A stretch of 64,000 nucleotides of DNA from positions 32,001 to 96,000 of the forward strand of contig CAVWLW010000051.1 in NCBI GenBank assembly GCA_963755715.1, read 5' to 3'. The DNA is from an uncultured delta proteobacterium (lineage in GTDB: Bacteria > Desulfobacterota > Binatia > UBA9968). The notes under the pieces were generated by a model. It had not been told where the DNA came from, ran no database searches, and saw nothing but the letters and a program-made list of their open reading frames with translations. Shown in pieces: positions 37,807-50,432 of this stretch. Position 1 is the stretch's first letter; every line of letters begins with the position of its first letter. Made by a program: the position numbers and the translations under genes.

Positions 37807-40446
37807 TCACTCCCCATACTGCTGTATCAACTTGGCAATGAGTGCGGTCCACCCGGTCTGGTGGCTAGCGCCGATGCCGGCGCCGTTGTCGCCGTGGAAG
37901 TATTCATGGAACGGGATCAGATCGCGCCAATGGGGATCTTCTTGGAATTTTTCCGTGCCGCCGAAGACCGGCCGGCGGCCCTGCTCGTCGCGTAGAAATA
38001 TCCGCGTGAGGCGCTGGGAAATTTGGCCGGCGATGTCCCAAAGGTTCTCTGACTTGCCGGAACCCGTGGGACACTCGACCTTGTAATTGTCGCCGAGAAA
38101 GAAATGAAACTTTTGCAGCGACTCGATCAGCAGATAATTGACCGGAAACCAGATCGGACCGCGCCAATTCGAGTTGCCGCCGAAAAGTCCGGTGCTCGAC
38201 TCGGCGGGCTCGTAGTCGACCCGATATTCCATGCCGTTCACGGGTAACGTATAGGGGTGCTCGCGGTGATAGTCCGAGAGTGCGCGGATACCGTAGGGCG
38301 AAAAGAATTCGTTTTCGTCGAGCATATAACGCAATACTTGTTTTAACCGGTGGCGGTTGACCAGCGAGAGAAAGCGGCGAACGCCATCGTCGGTGGATTG
38401 GGCTTCAATGTGATCGCTAAGCTCGGGGCGGTTCTCAATAAACCACTGCAGACGGCGCTTGAAGCCGGGCAGCTTATCGACCTGCTCGGGATCGAGGGTT
38501 TCCACGGCGAAGAGCGGAATGAGTCCGACCATTGAGCGTACTTTTAGGGGGGTGCGCTGGCCATTCGGCATGCTGAGAACGTCGTAATAAAAGCCGTCCT
38601 TGGCATTCCAGAGTTCGATGTTCTCGCCACCGAGATTGTTCATCGCTCCGCAGATATAGACAAAGTGCTCGAAGAACTTGCTAGCGACATCTTCGTAAGC
38701 GGGATTGTCTTTCGCCAGCTCCAGCGCGATGGCCAGCATGTTCAGGCAGTACATCCCCATCCAGCTGGTGCCGTCGGATTGTTCGATATGGCCGCCCGTG
38801 GGAAGCGGCGCGCTGCGGTCGAAGACGCCGATGTTATCGAGACCGAGAAATCCACCCTGGAAAACGTTGCGTCCGTCGGCGTCCTTGCGATTCACCCACC
38901 AGGTAAAATTAAGCAGCAGCTTTTGGAAAATCCGTTCGAGAAAGTTGCGATCGCCTTCGCCGCGCCGTTTCATCTCGACTTTGTAAACGCGCCAGGCGGC
39001 CCAGGCGTGCACCGGAGGATTGACGTCGCCCAAGGCCCACTCGTAGGCCGGCAATTGCCCGTTGGGGTGCATGTACCACTCCCGTGTCATGAGCAAGAGT
39101 TGTTCCTTGGCGAAATCTGAATCGACGATCGCTAACGCGATGCAATGAAAGGCGAGATCCCAAGCGGCGTACCAGGGATACTCCCATTTGTCCGGCATGG
39201 AAATGACGTCCGCGTTATACAGATGGCGCCATTCATGATTGCGACCGTTGAGCCGTTCGCGCGGCGGCTCGGGTCCCGCCGGATCGCCTTTCAGCCAGCG
39301 GTTGAGATCGTAGTGGTAAAACTGCTTGCTCCACAGGACTCCGGCCAATGCTTGGCGCATGACGTTCTGGCGATCCGGTGTGATGCCGTCGGGAACAACC
39401 GTCCGATAAAACTCCTCCGCTTCGGCGCGCTGCTGTGCAATTTGAGTATCAAACGTGCCGTTAAGTCTCTCGGCGCTCGCCGGCGCGGTGGGCGAGAGCC
39501 GCAGCCGCACGATCATGGTTTCGCCGGATGCCACGGTGGAAACGTAGTGCGCCGCCGCTTTGGTGCCGTAGTCATTCGGGTTGACGGCGGTCTTGACACC
39601 GTGCACGACGAAATCGTTTATCCCGTCTTTGACGTAAGGCGAGGGATTCTCATAATCGAAGATACGCTGGTTATTCGTGTCGTTCTCGGTAAATACGAGA
39701 GCCGGGCTGCCTTCGCAGTAGAGCCAGCGAGAGCCGTAGTAATAGTGATCGAGCTTGATTGCGGCGGCCTCGGCCGACGCATCTCGACGAAGCTTTGGTC
39801 TACGCTCGTCGAGTCCCCACGACCATGTGTTGCGAAACCACACCGTTGGCAGGAGGTGCAATGGAGCGGGTTCGGGACCGCGGTTGGTGGCTTCGATCCG
39901 GATCAGGATATCGTCCGGCCCTGCTTTGGCGTACTCGATCGTTACGTCAAAGTAGCGGTTGTCGTCGAAGACGCCGGTGTCAATCAATTCGAACTCAAGC
40001 TCGCGCTTGCCGCGCCGGCGATTCTCCTCGACCAGCCGGGCGTAGGGGAATTCCCGCTGCGGGTACTTGTAAAGAAACTTCATGTAGGAATGCGTCGGCG
40101 TCGAGTCGAGATAGTAGTAATATTCCTTGACGTCTTCGCCGTGATTGCCTTCGTTGCCGGTGAGGCCGAACAGCCGTTCTTTAAGGATCGGGTCTTTGCC
40201 GTTCCATAGCGCCAGCGCGAAACAAATAAACTGGTGGCGATCGCAGATGCCGCCAAGGCCGTCCTCGCCCCAGCGGTAGGCGCGGCTGCGCGCGTGGTCG
40301 TGGGGGAAATATTCCCAGGCCGTGCCGTAGGCGCTGTAGTCTTCCCGTACCGTGCCCCACTGGCGCTCGGAAAGGTAAGGCCCCCAGCGTTTCCAGTTGG
40401 CTTTGCGGCTGTGATCTTCCTGCAGTCTTCGCTCTTCGGCGGTCAT
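37807..40446 (-). CDS. GH63 (MGH1-like) glucosidase
   Basis: [68 protein letters not shown]; alternative start 40485. Confidence 0.9.
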   Translation of the reverse strand: MTAEERRLQEDHSRKANWKRWGPYLSERQWGTVREDYSAYGTAWEYFPHDHARSRAYRWGEDGLGGICDRHQFICFALALWNGKDPILKERLFGLTGNEGNHGEDVKEYYYYLDSTPTHSYMKFLYKYPQREFPYARLVEENRRRGKRELEFELIDTGVFDDNRYFDVTIEYAKAGPDDILIRIEATNRGPEPAPLHLLPTVWFRNTWSWGLDERRPKLRRDASAEAAAIKLDHYYYGSRWLYCEGSPALVFTENDTNNQRIFDYENPSPYVKDGINDFVVHGVKTAVNPNDYGTKAAAHYVSTVASGETMIVRLRLSPTAPASAERLNGTFDTQIAQQRAEAEEFYRTVVPDGITPDRQNVMRQALAGVLWSKQFYHYDLNRWLKGDPAGPEPPRERLNGRNHEWRHLYNADVISMPDKWEYPWYAAWDLAFHCIALAIVDSDFAKEQLLLMTREWYMHPNGQLPAYEWALGDVNPPVHAWAAWRVYKVEMKRRGEGDRNFLERIFQKLLLNFTWWVNRKDADGRNVFQGGFLGLDNIGVFDRSAPLPTGGHIEQSDGTSWMGMYCLNMLAIALELAKDNPAYEDVASKFFEHFVYICGAMNNLGGENIELWNAKDGFYYDVLSMPNGQRTPLKVRSMVGLIPLFAVETLDPEQVDKLPGFKRRLQWFIENRPELSDHIEAQSTDDGVRRFLSLVNRHRLKQVLRYMLDENEFFSPYGIRALSDYHREHPYTLPVNGMEYRVDYEPAESSTGLFGGNSNWRGPIWFPVNYLLIESLQKFHFFLGDNYKVECPTGSGKSENLWDIAGQISQRLTRIFLRDEQGRRPVFGGTEKFQEDPHWRDLIPFHEYFHGDNGAGIGASHQTGWTALIAKLIQQYGE

Positions 40447-40484
40447 CGTTCCTTTTACCAGGTTTCTTTTCTTTTTATCGACCA

Positions 40485-40685
40485 TTATAGCACAGCCTGC
40501 ACTGGGAACCTGCCGCTTCCTGTTTCCACCGATGCGTCAAACCCGTTGACGAGCACCAGTTGACCGGATGGCGGCTTTGTCGCCGTGAGAAGTAGCGCGT
40601 GATATCGTCTCGTGCGGATGCCGGAGACGGTTCCTGAAACGAAGCCGCCGAGGCCGTCGGCTTCGAGCCACTCTTGATGGTTCAT
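40485..40685 (-). pseudogene. Truncated glycogen-debranching enzyme N-terminal fragment
   Basis: EWLEADGLGGFVSGTVSGIRTRRYHALL is the GDE N-terminal signature, but the ORF stops after ~66 aa with no space for the rest. Confidence 0.75.
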
Positions 40686-40729
40686 CTTTTTCAAGATCGT
40701 GCAGGACACTTTCAAACATCCGCTAAAAG

Positions 40730-41737
40730 TTACTTCTCGATAAATTGTAGATCGTGACCGTCGGGATCACGAGCTAAAAAACCTTTTGTGAAGGCGAAAT
40801 TCTTGTCGGAAATCTGCGCCACGCCGGCAGAAATCACTCGTGCTACGCCACGACCGAGCTTTTGTGTAGTCTGTGTCGTGTTAGCCGTTAACAGTGTTGT
40901 CTGCCAGTGCCACAAGTCATTGGCGCGGGTATCCTTCGGCGCGGGGCGGCCATCACGCGGGGTTAGATATTCGAGAAATTCAATTCCTGGCCCCGTCGCT
41001 GCCCTCAGGCCGCTGATGCGCAGGCGCGCGCCGGCGACGTTGTTCAAATGCTCCTGTTCGGTGCCGCTATTCATGCTCTCGCCCACGAGTTTTAGCCCGA
41101 GTAAATCGCGGTAGAATTTTAAACTTGTCTGCGTACTCGATACCACGATCGCGGTATGGTCGATGCCTAAGAATAATTTGTCGTCCTTCCGCTGCCAGCG
41201 TGGATCGCCCTTGCCGGGAGGAAAATAGATGATTTCGAAATTATGGCCGTCGGTATCTTTGAAGTAGAAAGCGCGGATGCCAGCGGCAGCTTTGTTGCTT
41301 GCGGGGATTGTCTGGGGGCCGGTGGAGGCATGGCGGACCTTGTGAGCGCGCAACTGCTGGTAGGCCTTGTCCATGTCGCTGACGACGATCGCGATGTGCT
41401 GAAACGCGTGATCGTTACTGCGCCAGTCCGCCGGGATCGGCCGTCCTTCCGGCGCGAGATATTGCGTCAGCTCGACCGTCTCATTGCCGAGCTTCATGCG
41501 CGCGACACGCATACGCAAGCCGAAGAGACCCTGCAGCTTCTCGTATTCCTCGCCGTGCACTTCGACGTCGCTGATTTTCTCAAAGCTCAGAACCTTGGAA
41601 AAAAATTCCACGGATCGGTCTATGTCCGAAACCGTCATGCCGACCGCTTCAACGGATTTCACGAGTTGCGCAAATGCGGCGTTGCCCAGGCTCGCAATCG
41701 CGCCCACGAGCACAAACACGGCAAGTCTTAACCTCAT
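40730..41737 (-). CDS. Exported double-VOC (glyoxalase-fold) protein
   Basis: Signal peptide; MTVSDIDRSVEFF, HIAIVVSD, DHTAIVV, RDPDGH. Confidence 0.85.
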   Translation of the reverse strand: MRLRLAVFVLVGAIASLGNAAFAQLVKSVEAVGMTVSDIDRSVEFFSKVLSFEKISDVEVHGEEYEKLQGLFGLRMRVARMKLGNETVELTQYLAPEGRPIPADWRSNDHAFQHIAIVVSDMDKAYQQLRAHKVRHASTGPQTIPASNKAAAGIRAFYFKDTDGHNFEIIYFPPGKGDPRWQRKDDKLFLGIDHTAIVVSSTQTSLKFYRDLLGLKLVGESMNSGTEQEHLNNVAGARLRISGLRAATGPGIEFLEYLTPRDGRPAPKDTRANDLWHWQTTLLTANTTQTTQKLGRGVARVISAGVAQISDKNFAFTKGFLARDPDGHDLQFIEK

Positions 41738-41766
41738 CCTGTTGCCTCTCGTCTCATGCCTAGTTT

Positions 41767-43339
<1,573 letters not shown>

Positions 43340-43418
43340 GCGATTCTCTCCGCTTATCGCCGGGCCGGCTTTGACCCTTGTCAGTCGAGGTCTATAACTG
43401 CTTTCCGTCTTTGCAGTT

Positions 43419-43446
43419 TAGATGTCAATTGTCGTGCAAAGGATGC
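43419..43446 (-). promoter_or_regulatory. ECF-like promoter upstream of the GMC operon
   Basis: Minus strand GCATC-N17-CATCTA, identical boxes and spacing to 44662-44689. Confidence 0.55.
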
Positions 43447-43572
43447 GCCGGGGGACGCATCTTTTGTCTAATGCGCGGGCCTATCGAGGGACTGCGGGTT
43501 TTGGTTTGGAAGATGATGTAGCTGGGATTTTTTTGCAGATTGAATCCGCGCTTTCGTTGCCGCCTATGTAAT

Positions 43573-43682
43573 ATTTCACCACGAAATGCGCGACGGATTC
43601 GGATCCTTCACCGCCGAGACGCTGAGGACACGAAGAGTTTGGACAATAAACTTTTGCGAAGTCTATGCCTCTGCGGTGAAAT
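43573..43682. repeat. Intergenic palindromic element
   Basis: TTCACCGC (43607) / GCGGTGAA (43673) arms, an extra ATTTCACC copy at 43573, and short-period GAG/CTCTG units. Confidence 0.5.
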
Positions 43683-43719
43683 CTCCTTTTCCACCTTTGG
43701 TTGTGCCTGATGCTTCGAT

Positions 43720-44568
43720 TTAACTCTTCGCAGAAGCCAGCGGTGCGGTGGCGAAGTTGACGCCGAAGCGCTTGCACCACACGGTCACGGCGCGGTATTT
43801 CGAAAGGTCGACGCCGGCCGGCAAATCGTAATTCTGATCACCAATGTTGCCCTTGATGCTGCCGAGGTCGATAAAGCCTGCTTGCTTCACCGTCGCATCG
43901 TCTTTCGCATCAGCAGCAGCCACCAGGTAAATGTGCACGTCGGGGCCGTTGGAAGTTTCGAACGCGCTGAAACGTAATACGTTTTTACCGTCCGGTAATT
44001 TGTAAACCGACGCCATACCTTTGGTCTCATGGGCCACGCCGCGGAAATTTCCCTCCGCAACCTTGACAGGGATCGAAACCGGCGCTGCCAAAGCCGCTTG
44101 GCCGAAGTTCACGCTGAAGCGCGCGCACCAGATGGTGACGTTCTTGTATTTGTTCAGATCGGCGTCCACCGGGATGTCATAATTCTGATCGCCCTTATTA
44201 CCCTTCATCGAACCCAGATCGACGAAGCCGGCTTCTTTGATCGCGTCGCTGCCCTTTTCGACTTCGGCGGCGGTGAGATAAACGTGAACGTCAGGACCAT
44301 TGGATGTTTCGAATTCGGTTAGCCTCAAAGTTCGCTTGCCATCGGCAAGCTGATAAATCGAAGCCAAACCTTTAGTTTCGTGCGCTAAGCCTTTAAAGTT
44401 GCCTTTCGTCACGGCCATTGGCTCCTTCTCGATCGAAGCCATCGCCGCCCCGCCGGGAAATTCCTCATTCACGGTCTTGTTGACGAACAACAACTCCGGC
44501 CGGAACGCGTACCAGCCAATCGCCAACACGACGATGCCCACACTGATAATGATATTGCGCTTAGTCAT
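43720..44568 (-). CDS. Tandem DM13-domain protein, N-terminally anchored
   Basis: Two copies of AHETKG..FETSNGPDVH-YL..DLGS-KGN-GDQNYD..WC-RF-VNF. Confidence 0.88.
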   Translation of the reverse strand: MTKRNIIISVGIVVLAIGWYAFRPELLFVNKTVNEEFPGGAAMASIEKEPMAVTKGNFKGLAHETKGLASIYQLADGKRTLRLTEFETSNGPDVHVYLTAAEVEKGSDAIKEAGFVDLGSMKGNKGDQNYDIPVDADLNKYKNVTIWCARFSVNFGQAALAAPVSIPVKVAEGNFRGVAHETKGMASVYKLPDGKNVLRFSAFETSNGPDVHIYLVAAADAKDDATVKQAGFIDLGSIKGNIGDQNYDLPAGVDLSKYRAVTVWCKRFGVNFATAPLASAKS

Positions 44569-44661
44569 GGAAAAACTCCTCCGTAAAAATAATTCGATTG
44601 ATACGACTGCTTCCCGTCATGACCGGTGTCCCGGCCTAATTGATCGGAGAAACTTGCTGAT

Positions 44662-44689
44662 TAGATGACACGGAGAGAGAAATAGATGC
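44662..44689 (-). promoter_or_regulatory. ECF-like promoter upstream of the DM13 gene
   Basis: Minus strand GCATC-N17-CATCTA. Confidence 0.55.
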
Positions 44690-45126
44690 AGAGATGGATT
44701 GATCGCGATATGTGGACAACGCAGACTAATATCGTCTTCTGAACCGCTTAACTATCGCGTCCTTGCGTGGGTCGGGGACTCGCCGTAGAATCCCATTACG
44801 GAAAGTTTGTTTGGACTGTCACGCGATTCTCTCGAACCACGCCACGCCGCATCCAACGTGTGACGGACCGTGGTGGTCGGTGCGGTCGGTCTTACCTCCT
44901 TTGTTTACGGAAAAAAACAGCAAAGATTTCTTCCCTTGTTCTGCGGAATTCGACTCATGGCCTTCCGTTATTTTATGTCGAATACAATTCTCCTCGTCGT
45001 TGTGGGATTAGCGCTGTCCGTAATTCCCTATTTTTTTAGGCTTTGAGGCAATTGTGTCAGAAATCTATGCCTGCGAATCATCTATACAGAGCCAAATTTC
45101 TATCGAGCTTAAGATGAAAGAGAAAC

Positions 45127-45588
45127 ATGCTGTCTAGCCACGTCCGAATTGCTGTTTCACTTGTGTACATTATTTCATCTTCTGTCGCTGGCATTTTTGT
45201 CCCTGCAATTCTCGCGCAGTCGGCTGGACAGGCTACGGTAATTGTTAAGGTCACTGGGCTTCGTTCTGAGAAAGGACAGGTGAGAATCGCTGTATTCAAT
45301 TCGTCCGAGAAATGGCTAGGCGAACAACCGGTATACTCATCGACGATTAACGTGGACAGTCAATCAGTCACATGGAAAATCTATGATGTTCCCTATGGGG
45401 ATTACGGCATTGCGGTTTTTCATGATGAAAACAAAAACGGCAAGATGGATAAGAACTTTGTGGGGATACCTCTCGAACCATATGGGTTTTCAAATAATGT
45501 GAGAGTAACTTTGGGGCCACCGACGTGGGAAAAGTCCAAGTTTGTCGTCAAAGGCTCAACTACCGAAGTTTCAATAGAGGTTAAATAG
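45127..45588 (+). CDS. DUF2141 family exported protein
   Basis: GDYGIAVFHDENKNGKMDKNFVGIPLEPYGFSNN; visibly AT-richer than its neighbours. Confidence 0.88.
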   Translation: MLSSHVRIAVSLVYIISSSVAGIFVPAILAQSAGQATVIVKVTGLRSEKGQVRIAVFNSSEKWLGEQPVYSSTINVDSQSVTWKIYDVPYGDYGIAVFHDENKNGKMDKNFVGIPLEPYGFSNNVRVTLGPPTWEKSKFVVKGSTTEVSIEVK

Positions 45589-45699
45589 AAAGAGAGGCGG
45601 CGTCTGAATTATAGTCTCGACTTTCTGAGTTCGATGCCCCGTTCGTCGACGATCACCGCAATAGACCGGTCATAAGCGTCGTAAAAAGGAGCTCTCACA

Positions 45700-46107
45700 A
45701 TGCCACGAACCATAATCATGGCGGCCTCGCTTCCGGCCTCGCCGGATAAACTTTTCGATATGTATCTCGATCCGGCGGAGCATGCGGAGTTTACCGGGTT
45801 GCCTGTGACGATCGAGCCGCACGCGGGCGGTGTTTTTAGCGCATTTGATGGGATGCTTTCCGGCAAGATTCTCCACATCGAGCCGAAGACGCTCATCGTT
45901 CAAACTTGGCGGTCGGGAAACTGGCCGCTTACGGCGCAGGACTCAGTGCTGACGCTCTCGTTCTGGCCGGCGCAAGATGGGGCTCGGATCGAGCTTGTTC
46001 ACGTCAACGTTCCCGAGGAGGATTTTGCGGGCGTCAGCCAGGGTTGGGAAAAGTATTATTGGACGCCATGGCACGATTATCTGATCGGCAAAACTCACGC
46101 CAGCTGA
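45700..46107 (+). CDS. SRPBCC/AHSA1-like domain protein
   Basis: GGVFSAFDG, IVQTWR, L-HVNVP, GWEKYYW. Confidence 0.85.
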   Translation: MPRTIIMAASLPASPDKLFDMYLDPAEHAEFTGLPVTIEPHAGGVFSAFDGMLSGKILHIEPKTLIVQTWRSGNWPLTAQDSVLTLSFWPAQDGARIELVHVNVPEEDFAGVSQGWEKYYWTPWHDYLIGKTHAS

Positions 46108-46207
46108 ATTTTATCGATCAATATCGTCTGCTAAATGAAAGACTCGCAGTTGATCGTCATTTGATCGAATCTCATGAGAAATTGCGCGAGTGGAAAGGCG
46201 ACCTTAC

Positions 46208-46414
46208 GTGAGTAGCGAAGGATCGTTAATTTGGGGAGTAGTTTTTGGCGCGGTCGGTCTGGCGTATTTTGTTTTCGGAAAGAGGCAGCAGCGTTTCGTT
46301 CCTTTGTTCTGCGGCATTGGGTTGATGGCCTTTCCTTATTTCGTATCGAATACAGTTCTGCTCGTTATCGTGGGTCTCGCGCTCTCGGTAATCCCATATT
46401 TTTTAAGGCTTTGA
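46208..46414 (+). CDS. Small hypothetical membrane protein
   Basis: WGVVFGAVGLAYFVFGKRQ..CGIGLM-FPYF; three hydrophobic segments. Confidence 0.7.
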   Translation: MSSEGSLIWGVVFGAVGLAYFVFGKRQQRFVPLFCGIGLMAFPYFVSNTVLLVIVGLALSVIPYFLRL

Positions 46415-46632
46415 GCCGCAATTGATGATCTGCCGGGCGAGTTTCGGCGACACCGCAGTTTCTTTGATTCAGAAATTCGCTTGCTCGCCGGTCCACTGGT
46501 TTCTCATGGGCGCGATAGCAGATCAGGTCTTCAGCGCCGATTTCAGGTAAATAAACTGCCTTGCGGTGAATCGACGGTGGTCGTAAAATATTAGGCTGAT
46601 TGGTAACTTAGAGGATAAAACCAGAGGCAGCT

Positions 46633-47235
46633 TTGAATATTGTCTTTGACCTTGGTGGAGTTGTGGTGCGCTGGGAGCCGGAGATTCTTATTGCCGATGC
46701 GTTCGATGATCCCGAGGTCCGTCGAGTAGTCCATTCGGAGTTCGTGGGCCATCCCGATTGGCTCGAACTCGATCGTGGCACGCTCGCGCCCGCAGCTGCC
46801 GTTGCGCGAGCGTCCGAACGGACGGGGTTATCTCACTTTGAACTCAACCATTTTTTGCGACGAGTCCCTTCAGGGCTTACCCCGATCACGGATACGGTTG
46901 AATTGCTCTTTCGGCTGAAAGCCCAAGGCCATTCTCTTTACTGTCTCTCGAACATGCATTTTGCCTCCATCGATTATCTCGAACGGGCCTATGACTTTTT
47001 TGACGTCTTCACCGGTAAAGTGATTTCGTGCCGGCTCAATTTGTGTAAACCGGAGCCAAAGATTTACTCTCATCTGCTGGAAACGTACGGGCTCAACGCC
47101 GCGGACACGGTTTTTATCGACGACGTGGAGGTTAATTTAACTACGGCGCAACAGATGGGCATTCAGACAATTCGGTTTGAAAACCCGGTCCAATGCACCA
47201 ACGAACTCAGAGCGATGGGTTGTATCTCGGAGTAG
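46633..47235 (+). CDS. HAD family phosphatase
   Basis: FDLGGV, LSN, KPEPKIY, FIDD. Confidence 0.9.
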   Translation: MNIVFDLGGVVVRWEPEILIADAFDDPEVRRVVHSEFVGHPDWLELDRGTLAPAAAVARASERTGLSHFELNHFLRRVPSGLTPITDTVELLFRLKAQGHSLYCLSNMHFASIDYLERAYDFFDVFTGKVISCRLNLCKPEPKIYSHLLETYGLNAADTVFIDDVEVNLTTAQQMGIQTIRFENPVQCTNELRAMGCISE

Positions 47236-47458
47236 TATGAGTCGGTGCCGACGAATTGCCTTATTTTAACAAAGATCGGAAAAGTCACGTGCTGTGGTGG
47301 AAAGATGTTAGAGTTCTCGGCCGATATCTGGCGATAAAGACGACCGAGAAAAATTAAATTTGACAGCGTCCAGGCGCAGCGATTAGCCTACGCTCACGGC
47401 TTTAGCGCGCTGTCGCGCAACTCGGATAAATTAACATTAACGCAGGGGAGACTTGGCC

Positions 47459-48439
47459 ATGCGCATCGACGTGCACGCTCATTTGTTTTCTAAGGCTTAT
47501 ATCGACGCGCTGCGACGCGTGTTCGGCAATGACAATTCGCCGGCGGGTCAGGATGCACAGCGTTTGATCAAGTGGATGAGCACGGATCCGCGCATGACGG
47601 ATGTCGAAGGCCGTCTGCAAGAAATGGAGAAGTGGGGGATCGAGATGCAGGTGCTCTCGGTCCCGTTTCATGGCGCGCTTGTGCAGGACAGAGCGGCGGC
47701 AGTCGAATTAACGCAGCTGGCCAACGAGATGATCGTGCAACCCGCGCGCGATCATCCCGATCGCTTTCGCGTTCTGCTCACGTTGCCGCTGCAATTTCCA
47801 GAGTTGGCGGTTGAAACGCTCGACCGCTTCGCTCAAGAACCGACGGTAGTCGGAGTGGCTCTCATGGGCACTGCCGGCGGGCGACCGCTCAACGATGCCG
47901 CGTTCATGCCCGTCTATGCCGAGCTTGAGCGCCGCGGGCTGCCGTTCTTACTTCATCCCATTTCGCCGCCGGGGCTCGACTGCATGTTAGAGCTAAATCT
48001 CGCCAACGTAGTGGGCTTCATGTTCGAAACGACGTTGGCTGCGACTCGACTCGTGCTTGCCGGGGTCTTCGAGCGGCACCCAAAGCTTCAAATGATCTTT
48101 CCGCATCTCGGGGGTTTGGCGCCCTATCTCATGGGACGAATTCAGTGGGGCTACGAGCGGTTTCCGGCGTGCAACGAAAATCTAAGCGCGCCGCCGGAGG
48201 TTTATTTCAAGCGCTTTTACTACGACACGGTATGCCGCAACGTTCCGGCGCTACGCATGGCGCTCTCGATGTTCGGCGTCGAGCACGTGCTGTTCGGCAC
48301 CGACATTCCCTTCCGCGAGGACATCGATCTTCAACTGCAAGACCTGGAAGCGCTCAAGCTGAGCGACGCGGAGCGGCAAGCGATCGACTTCGGCAATGCG
48401 GCGCGGCTGCTTGGCATCGAGTTCAAATCGAGCAAGTAG
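47459..48439 (+). CDS. Amidohydrolase 2 family protein (ACMSD/LigW-like)
   Basis: IDVHAH, LHP, HLGG, YYDT, LFGTDIP; upstream TTGACA-N18-TAGCCT. Confidence 0.88.
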   Translation: MRIDVHAHLFSKAYIDALRRVFGNDNSPAGQDAQRLIKWMSTDPRMTDVEGRLQEMEKWGIEMQVLSVPFHGALVQDRAAAVELTQLANEMIVQPARDHPDRFRVLLTLPLQFPELAVETLDRFAQEPTVVGVALMGTAGGRPLNDAAFMPVYAELERRGLPFLLHPISPPGLDCMLELNLANVVGFMFETTLAATRLVLAGVFERHPKLQMIFPHLGGLAPYLMGRIQWGYERFPACNENLSAPPEVYFKRFYYDTVCRNVPALRMALSMFGVEHVLFGTDIPFREDIDLQLQDLEALKLSDAERQAIDFGNAARLLGIEFKSSK

Positions 48440-48553
48440 ACTTTGGCGCACTGCGAATGAGCGCAGGAATCCGGCTGACTGCCGAAAATCTCCCACGGCC
48501 CTCGAAGATGTAACGACGCTGTGCCCGCCGATTAGCTTCGCCGCCTCCTTGTT

Positions 48554-49471
48554 TCACCCCGGCGTGAGGAATTCCAGGGCTGCTGCGTCGAGCGTCATAT
48601 CGATTTCGGCGGACGAGAAAGGGGTCGGCGGACCGCTTTTCATCCGCAGGTCATCATCGATATGGACGGGGAAACAGTCGCACTCGATATGCAAGTGGCG
48701 GCCCTTGTGGACGGTCAATGCCGCACAATCGGATTTGCCTTCAAGTCGCTCGGACAGATATTCTTTGAGCTGGCTTCGTTGGTCGTTCGAGACCAATACC
48801 ACGTCGAACAAGCCGTCGCCGGGGTCGGCACCGGGCGCGAGACAGAGATTTGGCCCGATGTAGCGAATATTCAGTGCTTCGAGCAACAGGTATTCGCCGG
48901 ATAGGTCTCGATCATCGAGGGTCAGCTTCAACCGAATGCCGGGGTAGCCTTCCAGACGAATGTTCATGAACTCCAACACGGAGGTGATTTTTCTTCCCGT
49001 GACGTTGTGGTGCGCGATGTCGATGTTTTTTCTCGCGTCGAGCCGCGCCATGGTCTCGGTGAAAATTCCCAAACCCAGACCTTCGATGAAGTAAGTGGAA
49101 CCCCACGGTCCGCTTGCCGCGCCGACGTCAAATTTCATTCGGCGCGCGCTGTTCCATCCCGCGATCAGTTGATCGAGCGGCCGGTCCGCCACGCCGAGCG
49201 CGTTCGCGACGTTATTCGCCGTGCCCATCGGCAAAACTGCGAGCGGAGTGTGTTTGCCGATCATGCGCTTGGCGACTTTCCCAACACTTCCGTCGCCGCC
49301 CGATATAGCGACAAGGTCCACAGGTTTGTCGAGCGCCTTTTCCCAGCCGATTTCCTTCGACGACTGACACTCGGCCGAATGGCCTGCGCCGCGGATCAAT
49401 TTTAAAATCTCTTCATCGGTAGGTTGGTTGTCGCTGCCGGCGTCTGGATTGTAGATGAGCGTCACTCTCAT
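48554..49471 (-). CDS. Diacylglycerol kinase family lipid kinase
   Basis: YNPDAG, GGDGS, LPMGTANN, IGP-L-LAP-A-PGDG. Confidence 0.88.
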   Translation of the reverse strand: MRVTLIYNPDAGSDNQPTDEEILKLIRGAGHSAECQSSKEIGWEKALDKPVDLVAISGGDGSVGKVAKRMIGKHTPLAVLPMGTANNVANALGVADRPLDQLIAGWNSARRMKFDVGAASGPWGSTYFIEGLGLGIFTETMARLDARKNIDIAHHNVTGRKITSVLEFMNIRLEGYPGIRLKLTLDDRDLSGEYLLLEALNIRYIGPNLCLAPGADPGDGLFDVVLVSNDQRSQLKEYLSERLEGKSDCAALTVHKGRHLHIECDCFPVHIDDDLRMKSGPPTPFSSAEIDMTLDAAALEFLTPG

Positions 49472-49559
49472 TTGTTTCACGGGGTAGACTGACCGATTAA
49501 TTATGAAATACTGATTGTATGTTTCATCGCACGGCTTCAGTTGAGGAGGCGAAGTCCTA

Positions 49560-50294
49560 ATGCGCATTCTAATAGCCAATGACGACGGTATCTATAGCCC
49601 CGGAATTTTAGCACTCGCTGAAATGGCATCGAAATTTGGTGACGTGCGCATCGTTGCGCCCGACGTCGAGCAGTCTTCGGCGGGTCACGCGATTACAGGC
49701 TGGCGTCCACTGACCTACAAGCGGACGCCGATCAAAGATTTTGAAGCGTACCGCGTCAATGGAACGCCCGCGGACTGCGTCGTGCTCGGCGTGCACAATT
49801 GGGAAAAAGTCGATGTGGTGCTTTCCGGTATCAACTTGGGTAGCAATTTAGGAAACTCCATTTGGCACTCGGGCACGGTAGCCGCGGCGAAGCAGGCGAC
49901 GTTGTTGGAACTGCGCGGCATAGCTTTGAGCATGCCGGCGACTCAAGATGAGCCGAATTTCGATATGTTGAAGGCCTCGGTCGAGAAGGTCTTGGGAATA
50001 TTGCTCAAAGATCCGGAACTCAAGTTGGTCAATGTCAACTTCCCCGACGTGGAGCCGAGAGGGCTGCGCTGGACGCGCCAATCGGTGCGTCACTATGACG
50101 GCAAAGTAGTGCCCGGCGAAGACCCGATGGGCCGAAAACATTTCTGGTTCAGCGTCGTGCCGATCGAGGGAACCGAAGAAGGGACCGATCGTTGGGCGGT
50201 CGAGCAAGGGTATGTCTCGATGACACCGCTGCGTATCGATCTGACCAGCGCGAGAGAGCTCGCCGCCGCTGCAACGCGCCATCCGCTCGAGTGA
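49560..50294 (+). CDS. surE: 5'/3'-nucleotidase SurE
   Basis: MRILIANDDG, VAP-EQS, GTPADCV, SGINLG-N, SGTVAAA, SMTPL. Confidence 0.96.
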   Translation: MRILIANDDGIYSPGILALAEMASKFGDVRIVAPDVEQSSAGHAITGWRPLTYKRTPIKDFEAYRVNGTPADCVVLGVHNWEKVDVVLSGINLGSNLGNSIWHSGTVAAAKQATLLELRGIALSMPATQDEPNFDMLKASVEKVLGILLKDPELKLVNVNFPDVEPRGLRWTRQSVRHYDGKVVPGEDPMGRKHFWFSVVPIEGTEEGTDRWAVEQGYVSMTPLRIDLTSARELAAAATRHPLE

Positions 50295-50432
50295 ATTCCC
50301 GCTGAAAGAACCCTCTCAAAGTTCGGTGATCACCGCTATCAGCTATCCGGCGCACTATTGATGGTGTGCTCCGCGTTATTCGAGCTGAATCCTGCTTTTA
50401 TTTTGGTAGCGTCTTTGCAGCGGCTACGAAGC

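Noticed and set aside
39145-40209. Long antisense ORFs (this one, 12248-13090, 20571-21410, 17586-18398 and others)
   Set aside because: They are shadow frames of well-supported genes in GC-rich DNA, with no motifs or RBS.
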